Origin: Eledone cirrhosa
Lineage: Eukaryota
Direction of reading: 5' to 3'
Length of the DNA: 64,000 nucleotides
NCBI GenBank assembly: GCA_964016885.1
Contig: OZ024742.1
Location: 52,886,001-52,950,000 of the forward strand
The first letter of the stretch is position 1, and the number at the start of each line of letters is the position of its first letter. The notes beneath the pieces were generated by a model. That model did no database searches and was not told the DNA's origin. It saw only the letters and a program-made list of their open reading frames with translations. Made by a program: the position numbers and the translations under genes. Shown here piece after piece: positions 35,001 to 49,490 of the stretch.

Positions 35001-38000
35001 CCAAACAACAACCACACTACCAAACAACAACCACCCAGCAAACAACAACAACACTACCAAACAACAACCACACACCAAACAACAACCACACTACCAAACA
35101 ACAATCACACTACCAAACAACAACCACACACCAAACAACAACCACACTACCAAGCAACATCCACACTACCAAACAACAACCACACTACCAAACAACAACC
35201 ACACTACCAAACAACAACCACACTAACAAACAACAACCACACTAACAAACAACAATCACACACCAAACAACAACCACACACCAAACAACAATCACACACC
35301 AAACAACAATCAAACACCAAACAACAACCACACTAACAAACAACAACCACACACCAAACAACAACCACACTAACAAACAACAATCACACACCAAACAACA
35401 ACCACACTACCAAACAACAACCACACACCAAACAACAACCACAACACACCAAACAACAACCACACACCAAACAACAACCACACTAACAAACAACAATCAC
35501 ACACCAAACAACAATCATACACCAAACAACAATCACACACCAAACAACAACCAGACACCAAACAACAACCACACTACCAAACAACAACCACACACCAACC
35601 AACAACCACACACCAAACAACAACCACACTACCAAACAACAACCACACACCAAACAACAACCACACTACCAAACAACAACCACCATACCAAACAACAACC
35701 ACACACCAAACAACAACCACACACCAAACAACAACCACACTAACAAACAACAACCACACACCAAACAACAACCCCACTGCCAAACAACAACACACCAAAC
35801 ACCAACCACACTAACAAACAACAACCACACTACCAAACAACAACCACACACCAAACAACAACAACACAACAAACAACAACCACACTACCAAACAACAACC
35901 CCACACCAAACAACAACAACACTAACAAACAACAACCACACTACCAAACAACAACCACACACCGAACAACAACCACACTCCAAACAACAACAACACACCA
36001 AACATCAACCACACACCAAACAACAACCACACACCAAACAACAACCACACTAACAAACAACAACCACACACCAAACAACAACCACACTAACAAACAACAA
36101 CCACACTACCAAACAACAACCACACACCGAACAACAACCACACACCAAACAACAACAACACACCAAACATCAACCACACACCAAACAACAACCACACTAC
36201 CAAACAACAACCCCACACGAAACAACAACAACACTAACAAACAACAACCACACTACCAAACAACAACCACACACCGAACAACAACCACACACCAAACAAC
36301 AACAACACACCAAACATCAACCACACACCAAACAACAACCACACACCAAACAACAACCACACTAACAAACAACAACCACACACCAAACAACAACCACACT
36401 AACAAACAACAATCACACTACCAAACAACAACCACACACCGAACAACAACCACACACCAAACAACAATAACACACCAAACATCAACCACACACCAAACAA
36501 CAACCACACACCAGACAACAACCACACACCAAACAACAACCACACTAACAAACAACAACCACACACCAAACAACAACCCCATGACCAAACAACAACCACA
36601 CACCAAACAACAACCACACACCAAACAACAATCACACACACCAAACAACCTCACTAAGAAACAACAACACACCAAACAACAACCACGCACCACACAACCT
36701 CACTATCAAACAACAACCAAAAACCAAATAACAACAACACACCAAACAACAACCACACTACCAAACAACAACCACACACCAAACAACAACCACACACCAA
36801 ACAACCTCACTAACAAACAACAACCACACTACCAAACAACAACCAGACACCAAACAACAACCACACTACCAAACAACAACCACACACCAAACAACAACCA
36901 CACACCAAACAACAACCACACTACCAAACAACAACCACACACCAAACAACAACCACACTACCAAACAACAACCACACACCAGACAACAACCCCACTACCA
37001 AACAACAACACACCAAACACCAACCACACTAAGAAACAACAACCACACTACCAAACAACAACCACACACCAAACAACAACAACACACCAAACAACAACCA
37101 CACTACCAAACAACAACCACACACCAAACAACAACAACACTAACAAACAACAACCACACTACCAAACAACAACCAAACACCGAACAACAACCACACACCA
37201 AACAACAACAACACACCAAACATCAACCACACACCAAACAACAACCACACCCCAAACAACAACCACACACCAAACAACAACCACACTAACAAACAACAAC
37301 CACACACCAAACAACAACCCCATGACCAAACAACAACCACACACCAAACAACAACCACACACCAAACAACAATCACACACCAAACAACCTCACTAACAAA
37401 CAACAACACACCAAACAACAACTACGCACCACACAACCTCACTATCAAACAACAACCAAAAACCAAATAACAACAACACACCAAACAACAACCACACTAC
37501 CAAACAACAACCACACACCAAACAACAACCACACACCAAACAACCTCACTAACAAACAACAACCACACTACCAAACAACAACCACACACCAAACAACAAC
37601 AACACACCAAACAACAACCACACTACCAAACAACAACCACACACCAAACAACAACCACACTACCAAACAACAACCACACACCAAACAACAACCACACACC
37701 AAACAACCTCACTAACAAACAACAACCACACTACCAAACAACAACCACACACCAAACAACAACCACACTACCAAACAACAACCACACACCAAACAACAAC
37801 CACACACCAAACAACAACCACACTACCAAACAACAACCACACACCAAACAACAACCACACTACCAAACAACAACCACACTACCAAACAACAACCACACTA
37901 CCAAACAACAACCACACACCAAACAACAACAATACTACCAAACAACAACCACACACCAAACAACAACCACACTACCAAACAACAACCACACTACCAAACA

Positions 38001-40071
38001 ACAACCACACACCAAACAACAACCACACTACCAAGCAACAACCACACTACCAAACAACAACCACACTACCAAACAACAACCACACTACCAAACAACAACC
38101 ACACACCAAACAACAACCACACTACCAAACAACAACCACACACCAAACAACAACCACACACCAAACAACAACCACACTTCCAAACAACAACCACACACCA
38201 AACAACAACCACACTACCAAACAACAACCACACTACCAAACAACAACCACACTACCAAACAACAACCACACACCAAACAACAACAACACTACCAAACAAC
38301 AACCACACACCAAACAACAACCACACTACCAAACAACAACCACACTACCAAACAACAACCACACTACCAAACAACAACCACACACCAAACAACAACCACA
38401 CACCAAACAACAACCACACACCAAACAACAACCACACTAACAAACAACAACCACACTAACAATCAACAATCACACACCAAACAACAACCACACACCAAAC
38501 AACAATCACACACCAAACAACAATCAGACACCAAACAACAACCACACTACCAAACAACAACCACACACCAAACAACAACCACACACCAAACAACAACCAC
38601 ACTACCAAACAACAATCACACACCAAACAACAACCACACTACCAAACAACAACCACACACCAAACAACAACCACAACACACCAAACAACAACCACACACC
38701 AAACAACAACCACACTAACAAACAACAATCACACACCAAACAACAATCATACACCAAACAACAATCACACACCAAACAACAACCAGACACCAAACAACAA
38801 CCACACTACCAAACAACAACCACACACCAACCAACAACCACACTACCAAACAACAACCACACACCAAACAACAACCACACACCAAACAACAACCACACTA
38901 CCAAACAACAACCACACTACCAAACAACAACCACACACCAAACAACAACCACATACCAAACAACAACCACACACCAAACAACAACCACACACCAAACAAC
39001 AACCACACTAACAAACAACAACCACACTAACAAACAACAACCACACTAACAAACAACAATCACACACCAAACAACAATCACACACCAAACAACAATCACA
39101 CACCAAACAACAACCAGACACCAGACAACAACCACACTACCAAACAACAACCACACTACCAAACAACAACCACACTACCAAACAACAACCACACTACCAA
39201 ACAACAACCACACACCAAACAACAACAACACTACCAAACAACAACCACACACCAAACAACAACCACACTACCAAACAACAACCACACTACCAAACAACAA
39301 CCACACACCAAACAACAACCACACTACCAAGCAACAACCACACTACCAAACAACAACCACACTACCAAACAACAACAACACTAACAAACAACAATCACAC
39401 ACCAAACAACAACCACACTACCAAACAACAACCACACTACCAAGCAACAACCACACACCAAACAACAACCACACACCAAACAACAACCACACTAACAAAC
39501 AACAACCACACTAACAAACAACAATCACACACCAAACAACAACCACACACCAAACAACAATCACACACCAAACAACAATCAGACACCAAACAACAACCAC
39601 ACACCAAACAACAACCACACACCAAACAACAATCACACACCAAACAACAATCAGACACCAAACAACAACCACACTAACAAACAACAACCACACTAACAAA
39701 CAACAACCACACTAACAAACAACAACCACACTAACAAACAACAATCACACACCAAACAACAACCACACACCAAACAACAATCACACACCAAACAACAACC
39801 ACACTACCAAACAACAATCACACACCAAACAACAACCATACACCAGACAACAACCACACTACCAAACAACAACCACACTACCAAACAACAACCACACACC
39901 AAACAACAAGCACACTACCAAACAACAACCACACTAACAAACAACAATCACACACCAAACAACAATCACACACCAAACAACAATCACACACCAAACAACA
40001 ACCAGACACCAGACAACAACCACACACCAAACAACAACCACACACCAAACATCAACCACACACCAAACAAC
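29059..40071. repeat. 11-kb satellite of 18/19-bp units ACCAAACAACAACCACAC(T) with a 3019-bp higher-order duplication
   Basis: Unit visible throughout; identical or near-identical spurious ORFs offset by exactly 3019 (31722/34741, 32351/35370, 33562/36581, 34121/37140). Confidence 0.97.
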
Positions 40072-40863
40072 TACTCCCCTCCCATTTACTATTCACTCTC
40101 AATATAACATCCTTCTATAGCCCTACAAATCGAGACCCCATTTATTTTTGTTTGATGACTTAGCCATTGACACGTCGAAAATAAATTTTCATTCAGCCAT
40201 GGTAATATATAATATATGCTAAATACTACCGTTACATGCGTGCAGTCACCCCGTCAGTAATATTTTCTGGTGATTTTTGTACAGCTGACCTCCTCCTTTA
40301 AACCGGAATGACAACAGCCTGTCTGAGGAAGGAGCCCCGCGAGGGGGAGTGGCTGTCGCAGTGGGTGTCGCTGGCCACACTCTGACATAGAAGTAGAGCA
40401 GTCATAGGCAAACTGCAACCCGTTTAGACATCTGAATGGTAATCCTAATTTCAAATTTACCTTGAATTCTTTAGTAGTGTACTTGCCTTTTGATGAATTG
40501 CATCACATGCGGCCCACTGCTCGAAAAGGGTTGCCCATGCATGGCGTAGAGTCTGTCAACTTCTTCTCTGCCTTCATTCATTGCTTAAAAACCCTAGCCC
40601 TTTTCTCTCTTTTCCTCTCAGTTAAGCACTCAACGTCATGTGTTTTCTTCCAAATGTAATTTGTGAATATACATGTAATTATAAATATATTAATTATAAA
40701 TAATTTTAATAAGTGTTTCTAATTTAAGCACCAGACCAGCAATTCATTAAGCATAATGATTTTTTTACCAATATATCTACAACTCAAAATTAACGCACAC
40801 ATATTATATACAGAGGAATAAGTGTGTGCACGTGCGTGTGAATGAATGCGAATGTGTGTGTGC

Positions 40864-41096
<233 letters not shown>

Positions 41097-41708
41097 CCCG
41101 CACGCGTTTTTGTACATTTGTGTAGTTAAAATATCAACAAGAAGGAAGTACTCTCTATACACCAACGGAATTAATATATATATATATATTATCGTTCGTA
41201 CATACCATAATGTATTTTCTACCGAAACTTCCGTGAGTTAACAAGACTACATCAGAGCAAGCTATGTTTGTTAGCCAGAATATTAGGTGAATTTGTAAAT
41301 ATGTGAATGTATTTACACATAACTTGCACTTATGTAGATTGTTAACTCATTAAACATTTGGCTGCTAATGGATTATCGTGTGTACGAACCAAAGCTCTTT
41401 TCCATTGGCCTTCAATTTGGGAAAAGAAAAAGACGGTTAAATCGACCCCACTACTTAACTTGTATTTTATTTCATCTACTCTGTAGGGATGAAAAGCAAA
41501 GAAGACACACACACATATATATACAATTAACACTCTGCTTCCTACGGATACAGACCACAGCTAGTTCCAGACTGGAACTAGCTGTTGAAACGACAAGAGC
41601 TCAGCCGTCGTGTCCCGAGTCTTCATAATATAACCATACTCTACTATCCCAAATATCGAGTAGTCTGTTGAGTAATGGTCTAACCAGTTTCAAACTGAAT
41701 CTATCCTG

Positions 41709-41807
<99 letters not shown>

Positions 41808-42112
41808 TCTCAAAAGCATGAAACTCATATTTATACTGCCTCTCTGTTTTTGTTCCCGTCTAAGATTTAACTATATATATATATATATAAATGAAAAGTA
41901 TAGAAATTATTGTACCAAGAAGCCAACCGTATTCCATAATATATAAGTGACTATAGCGTCAAAATGGAAAAGTAGTTAACGTAAGATGTGGGAAAATAAT
42001 TCAAACTCAATTCAAAAAGAATCAGGATATAGATTCATCCACAGAATTTGGTGAAATCCAGGGAAAAATCAATAGAGCCTTAACTCAGATATATATATAT
42101 ATTTATATATAT

Positions 42113-43165
42113 ATATAACAACTAGAAATTGATTAACATATAAATAAACATATGAAACAATCACGGGGGATAATTTTTACAAGTGTGTAAGCACACATAA
42201 CTAGGTAGGTAACTAAATAAAGTTAACTAGAACTTCAAAAATAGATACCTTATAATATGATTAATCTTCCCTGTATATATTTCATTAAAGAAATATATTT
42301 CACCAATTAATCGAATGGTAAACCACGGAGGAGGCAGTGGTGAAATATATTTCTTTAATGAAATATATACAGGGAAGATTAATCATATTATAAGGTATCT
42401 ATTTTTGAAGTTCTAGTTAACTTTATTTAGTTACCTACCTAGTTATGTGTGCTTACACACTTGTAAAAATTATCCCCATGATTGTTTCATATGTTTATTT
42501 ATATGTTAATCAATTTCTAGTTGTTATAAAATGCTCGGATCTATTCATTAGAATCTTGGAGCTTATTTTACGGGTGATATGGCGCATGCCTTTCTGGCAT
42601 GACACCCATAATTTTGATTTAGATTAATTTTGGATATAGATATATAAATACGGCTCTTTAATTGTAGAGCTAACTCTGTTGAAAGGACTTGACTGCTGTT
42701 TCTAGTTGTCGATAACCCTATTCACGCCACTGGGACGAAGCTGGTATGATGTGTGTATTTTTAGTAGATACAGCACGTGTTACGGGCCAGTCGCTGATTT
42801 GAACTTAATGCGTAAACACAGATCCTTGTTGAAAATTCAAGTATCGGCCTCCGTGGTTTACCATTCGATTAATTGGTGAAATATATTTCTTTAATGAAAT
42901 ATATACAGGGAAGATTAATCATATTATAAGGTATCTATTTTTGAAGTTCTAGTTAACTTTATTTAGTTACCTACCTAGTTATGTGTGCATACACACTTGT
43001 AAAAATTATCCCCCGTGATTGTTTCATATGTTTATTTATATGTTTATCAATTTCTAGTTGTTATAAAATGCTCGGACCTATTCATTAGAATCTTGGAGCT
43101 TATTTTACGGGTGATATGGCGCATGCCTTTCTGGCATGACACCCATAATTTTGATTTAGATTAAA
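42113..43165. repeat. Inverted plus direct repeat cluster (PLE pLTR-like arrangement)
   Basis: 42113-42331 is inverted relative to 42848-43064 and 42338-42527; 42338-42627 is a direct copy of 42874-43164; TA flanks. Confidence 0.8.
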
Positions 43166-43189
43166 TTCATTTTGATTTATCTTAATTTT

Positions 43190-43282
<93 letters not shown>

Positions 43283-43784
43283 CCTTTCCAAGGCTTGCTG
43301 AACACACAAGCTGAAACCGCTTGGCGCCGCGGTTGGAATTTTACATATCTCTATATATTTATATATATATATATTTACGTAAGTACAGTAATAAAGATAT
43401 CTATATAAATGTGGGAGGGGGGGGGGGGAGAAAGTGAGAGAGAGAGAGAGAGAGGGGGGAGAGAGAGAGTATTTAAATATGTTTCTATTTGAGCTGTTAC
43501 TGACATCTTCGCCCCTGAGGAGTGATTCACAACATTTTACATTTAAATAAGTAAAATTGTTCCATTCTATCAGAACTGAATGTTTTTTTACTTAATTGCA
43601 TTTAAGACTTATGTTTGTATGTGTATTTCAGTATAACAAGCGTGTGTGTAACTTGAAGGGCTCACTACACATGAGACATGAAAACAATTTTCAGCGTCAG
43701 TGTAGATAAAAAAATATGCGTTTCTCTTCATATGTATGCATAATCATATACAAAGATGCATACATATATTATACGTATCATATA

Positions 43785-43819
<35 letters not shown>

Positions 43820-43868
43820 CGTGTGTTTGTGTGTGCGTATATATATGTATATATATATAGAGAGAGAG

Positions 43869-43933
<65 letters not shown>

Positions 43934-43990
43934 TATGTGGGTGTGTGTGTGTGTGTGAGTGAGTATATATATATGTTTATATATATATAT

Positions 43991-44048
<58 letters not shown>

Positions 44049-44449
44049 CTGTACGTCTGGCTGCTTGTTTATTGGTTTCTATGTGTCTGAATATTTTACA
44101 TGTTATTTTGCTGTTGTTTTGTTTTATATAATTTTATTTCGTTATTGTTGTGCTTTTTGTTCGATTATTTATTCATGTGTATAACTTTTATTTTTCTTCA
44201 CTAATTTTATTTTTTATTATTTTTCTATTTCATGTGTATTATTCCCCTATTATTGAAATTTAAACATTTATCTAATTTGCCAGAATATTACAAGAATTGG
44301 CACTTAGCAATTTAACTTTTTTTTTTTTTTAACGCTGTAAAATAACAGAAAGCTATATAAATATAGACAAAAACAATGTTGTGGCTTTCAGAGTGTGTTA
44401 TAATGTAATACATAAACCAAACTATAGATGAAGATTTCAATAGAACGGT

Positions 44450-44595
44450 GAGTGTGCGGTGTGTGGGGGGTTGAGCCGGAGTAACGCGTGCGTGTCGGTG
44501 AGGAGGTGTATTTGTGTGTTTGTGTGCGTGTGTGTGATAGTTTTGTGGAATAAAGTGTAGAGCTTCACTAATGCGTGAGTGCGTGTGCATGCGTG

Positions 44596-44636
<41 letters not shown>

Positions 44637-45230
44637 GTGGTGAAGTGTACAGCAAGAATAATGCGTTTGTGGGTGTATGTACTTGTGTATCTCTGTGTAT
44701 AGGCGTGTGTATGCATGTATATGCGTGTGTATATATGCGTGTGTGGTGTGTGTGTGAGTGTGGTGCAGTTTACAGCAAAAATAATGTGTGCTGGGTGTAT
44801 GTACTTGTGTATTTCTGTGTATAGGCGTGTGTATATGTGTGCGAGTGTGGCGTGTGTGTGTGTATATGGGGTGTATGTGGTGAAGTGTACAGTAGGAGTA
44901 ATGCGTGTGTGGGTGTATGTAGTTGTGTATCTGTATGTATGTGTGTATGTGTATATGTGTGTGGCATGTATGTGTGTGTATATATATATGTGTGTGTGTG
45001 TGTGTCTGGCATGTGTGTATGTGGCATGTGTGTGTATGTGTGTATGGTATATATGTGTGTGTGGTATGTGAGTGTATGTGTGGTGTATGTGTGTATGGTA
45101 TATGCGTGCGTTTGTGTATATGTGTGTGTGTGGCATGTGTATATATATGTGTGTGTGTAGCATGTGTGTGTATGTGTGTATGTGTGTATGTGTGTATGTA
45201 TGTGTGGGGGTTGAAGTGTAATGCGTGAGT
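44450..45230. repeat. Degenerate GT-rich minisatellite
   Basis: gtggtgaagtgtacag..aataatgcgt.tgtgggtgtatgta subunits about 120 bp apart within (GT)n decay. Confidence 0.75.
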
Positions 45231-46270
45231 AGGAACAACAGTAGCAGAATGAATATTTAAAGGTATACTCCCTTTGTTAAAAAAAACAACAGTATTTATT
45301 AAATATGTATGTATGCATGAATTGCTATGTATCTCGTATGTATGTTCTTCTGGTTTTATAATTTCACAAAGTTTTACCAATAGAGAGAGAGTCGGTTTCT
45401 AATATAGACACAAGACTCTCTCATTCGAATTTACACAACATCAACTAGGTAGGTATGTATGTATGCATGCGTAGATATGGATGTTATTGTATGTGTGGAT
45501 GTGTATGTTTTGAGTTGTATGTGTGCATGTGTATATGCTTCGTATCTATACATGTGTATATGCAATTATTAGATGCAAAATTTTTGGAATGTTTTACATA
45601 ATTTTACTGTTCCATTAATGGATTGTACTTGTAATTTCCTAACTAGTTGTGTTCTTTCTGTTCCTGTGAAGCCTAGCTTCTCAAGATTTGTATTGAGGCA
45701 GTTACTAATATACCCAGTGCCCCAATAATCACAGGCATAAATCTGAAGGTGTAATCAGGGTGGAGTATCTGCATTTTATTGGGGTTTTTACTGGAACATT
45801 CCACCAGTACTCTTTCATATTATGTACATGGATGTCTTCCACATTGTTGTAGCTTTTAATGTGTTTATTATCGGGGCTATCTTTTTTACGAAATGCATTG
45901 TACAGTGTTTTGGCCACTACATCATGCCTCATAGATAGATAGTACCGCGATGACATCTTTGGACAGCTGCTGATGACATGGGTGATATCCTCGATGTTAG
46001 TTCTGCAGAGTCTGCACTTATCACATCTAGGTGTTTTGCCTGCATCCCTATCTCTTTTGTGAATCAGGTATTTCGTGCTAATCTCCTGTTCCTGGATTGC
46101 AAAAGCGTATCCTTCAAAGTGGGAGCTAATATAGCAGTTGTTGGTCCAAGATAGACTACTTTCCTTATCTATATTACTCTCACTCTGGAGCTTCCTGGCA
46201 ACATATCTATGCATGATATTTTGCTGATAGGCATGCAGTTTTTCATCCATGGATTCACTGCGATACTAAA

Positions 46271-46466
46271 GGGCGGTGAATTGGCAGTATCGGTAGAGGG
46301 TTGGACGCCATATTTTCTAGCATAGTTACGTCCCTTTACAGTCTGAGTTCAAATCCCGCCGAGGTTAACTTTGCCTTTCATCCTTACGGGGTCGATAAAA
46401 TAAAGTACTAGTAATGTACTGGGTAATTGCTGGCCTTGTGCCTAAAGTAGAAACAATTATTATTAT
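46271..46466 (+). mobile_element. tRNA-derived SINE, full length
   Basis: gggcggtgaattggcagtatcgg..gagttcaaatcc..ggccttgtgcctaaagtagaaacaattattatt. Confidence 0.88.
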
Positions 46467-46536
46467 CGATAGTGTTTTCCCCAGCATTCGAGGTAGACTT
46501 AGATGGTACATGTGGTGTCAAGTTTCTTACAGGCAT

Positions 46537-46611
46537 ATTTGAACTCAGACTGTAAAGGGACGTAACTATGCTAGAAAACATGGCGTCCAACCCTCTACCG
46601 ATACTGCCAAT
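46537..46611 (-). mobile_element. SINE 5' head fragment
   Basis: atttgaactcagactgtaaagggacgtaactatgctag..ctaccgatactgccaat. Confidence 0.8.
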
Positions 46612-47422
46612 GTGATAAGGCGTTGTTCGACCTGGCTGCTAGGAAGTCTAGTAGCATGGCGACCTGTAGCACGTGTTGATTCCATGTTTGTTGTGGGGGA
46701 CTTACAATTAATAATATTTATCTTATTTTTACGTTCAACAAACGTCGCTTGTTGGCGTAATTGTTTCGCTGTGAAATAATTTAGCTCTGGGTGCATTTTG
46801 TCCCAGTGTAGCTTCATTCTAATCATATAGCCAATGGAGGGATTGTTTTTTGCCATTTTATAACAATTAAATAAATCATCATTAAGTTCGCAACTCCAAG
46901 AGAAATGCGATTTATAATTTCGGTTTCTTCTGTAGCTACAACTGAATAAAGTTTGATTACCTTCCTTGTTATTTGTCTTCGATACTTCCTTAATTTGTTT
47001 GATGATGTTGTGTTCAGCCATGCTGTTTGAAGCAAATCCTTGTAAAATGAATTATGTATTTAGTCGGATATCTCTACGAATTCGAATAAAAGGTGTCTTC
47101 AGAAGATATAGTTAGAAGAATAACCAGTTATTCAACATGACTGTAGTTGAGGCATTACTGTCGGAGATAGTATTCATCTTAAATTTAATAAATAGTCTCC
47201 CACGCCAAAATATGCGACTGATTGCGTTGACTGTCTATGTATGTATGTATGTATGTATGTGTACAAAATTACATATTCATAAATGCATTGACGTGTAGAA
47301 TTAAATAGCTATATAAGTATATAAGTATGTATGTGTGTGTGTATAGTATACATACATGTTTGTATATTCATATATATATATATATATATATATATACAAG
47401 ATATATATACAATACATATATA

Positions 47423-47556
<134 letters not shown>

Positions 47557-47866
47557 CTTTTCCACCTGGCCTTTTGATTAATAAAAGGCCTAGGGCGCAC
47601 CCGAACTACAACGATATTCTGTAATTCAGCGCCGAAACATCGGTTCGGGATACATTTACAGCTGACGATGGAAACTCCTTTCTTCCTTTCTCCTCCTGTT
47701 CCGTCCTAACCACCATCCTAAACCTTGTTTTTAGTAACCACACAGCTCCTTTCGTTTCATAACTTTTTGTATATATATATATACTTATATATATATATAT
47801 ATATATTATTCAAAATTTAACAAATGAAAAATATTCGCATAATCGAAATATATACTTTATTATATA

Positions 47867-48368
47867 CTAGCAGTGGTACCCGGCGTTGCACGGGATAAGG
47901 TATTTTGGAACGCGAGCCACCAATAGACCTAAAAACTGCATGCCTGGACAATATGTAAAGAAAATAAACTGAATACTCTGATGGCTGGATAATCTTTAAG
48001 ATTTTCCTCGATGAAGCAGGAAAAATTTCGGGAAAGTCGGCGAGACGTAACGCCTCCAAAAAGCCCTAAGAAGCTGAAAAAATGAAGTGTTTCACCTAAT
48101 GCGAGCACTAGGCCATAAGAAAGTTGGATTTTCTTTGCTTACGGTATGAAGAAGAGACTGACTAATACATAGTTATAATTTCAAGGAAATCGGTCTGACG
48201 TAACGCCTCAAAAAACCCCTAAAAATGTTAAACAACGCAGTTTTTCACCTAGGAGATAAAAAAAAAGTTGAATTGTTTATGTGCATAACACTCCCTGAAA
48301 CATACGTAATACACATGTAAAGTTTGAAAAAAATCGGTTGGGTACTTCTCGAGTTTTAGGGATTCAAA

Positions 48369-48451
<83 letters not shown>

Positions 48452-48749
48452 CCTCAAGGAAGTGACGTAATGCAGACAGTCAGACATACAGACAGATATT
48501 ATAATGACGCGACGTTATATGTATGTATCTATCTAAAAAGAGAAAGGCTAAGAATTATAGAGAGAGATCGCTAAATCGCCTAATGTGGTCCCTAGGGCAT
48601 AGAAAATTTGAAATTTGTTTTGCTCAGAACACTCCCTGAAACATAAGTATTACATGTGTAAAGTTTGAAAACAGTCGGTTGGGTGGTTCTCGAGTTTTAT
48701 GGATTCGAACTCACACACACACAGACATCCTCAGCTTTATATACATAGA
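47867..48749 (-). mobile_element. Non-autonomous Helitron
   Basis: Minus strand begins TCTATGTATATAAAG and ends with hairpin CCCGTGCAACGCCGGG then CTAG|T; internal (CA)n/(CAGA)n. Confidence 0.7.
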
Positions 48750-49452
48750 CTAGCAGAAAACCACCCGGTGGGCGGTTTTCTGCTAGCAAGTCTAGTGTAT
48801 ATACTGATATTGTTGAGATTTGGATGAGAAATGTTTTCGGCACCACATGTTTACCGTCTCTCGGTGTGTCTTTCATGCATGTATAAATATATATGTTATC
48901 TATACGGTGAAATCTTTGAAATAAATATATGTTAAAACGAAAAAGGAGAAAAAGAGATTAGTGACGGAAATATAAACGTTATTATACATAAACGTTATGA
49001 TATAACGATGGAAATATATAAACGTTTACGATAAAACGATGGAAATAGAAACGTTTATATATAATGATAAGCCGAAACACTCGTAAGCCGAAACACTCGT
49101 AAGTCGAAACACTCGTAAAGCAAAACGTATAAATAAAGATTAATGTAATGAATTTGAAAAGCATAGAGATTTGAAACCGCGTCTATTTGTTTCCTTGGCA
49201 TTTTTTACAGACGGACAGACAGACAAACAAACAGCATGGTGTCAAGTCAGAACCGCCTCGAACTGGTTACTTCTGGCTTGTGCAAGGTGTCTCTATAGCA
49301 ACCAGCGATTCCCTCTGCTTCAGTGACCAAAGTCAGTGGAGAGGGGAAGGTAATGTTTCTATAGCGACAGTGTTTCTCTTGGTAGTACCAAAGTGGAGAA
49401 CGGAAGGGGAAGGTAATATTTCTGTAGCACCTACATTTGAGTTTTAGGGAAG

Positions 49453-49490
<38 letters not shown>

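Larger units (their letters stand above)
45570..47100 (-). mobile_element. R4/Dong-like RLE non-LTR element, internally deleted (RT missing), interrupted by SINEs
   Basis: N-terminus FSWSCELNDDLFNCY..GYMIRMKLHWDKMHP..TAKQLRQQ (46612-47021); C-terminus FAIQEQEIST, CRLC..EDITHVISSCPKM...RHDVVAK, IIGALG..RKLQVQSI (45570-46260). Confidence 0.75.

Noticed and set aside
29059-40071. CRISPR-like array, or genuine ORFs (271-aa T/N/H/Q ORFs, V/W/C-rich antisense ORFs)
   Set aside because: No unique spacers and no cas genes in a eukaryotic context; ORFs are by-products of a stop-poor tandem repeat.
29059-40071. Telomeric repeat array
   Set aside because: The unit is a variable 18/19-mer, not (TTAGGG)n, and is internal with ordinary DNA on both sides.
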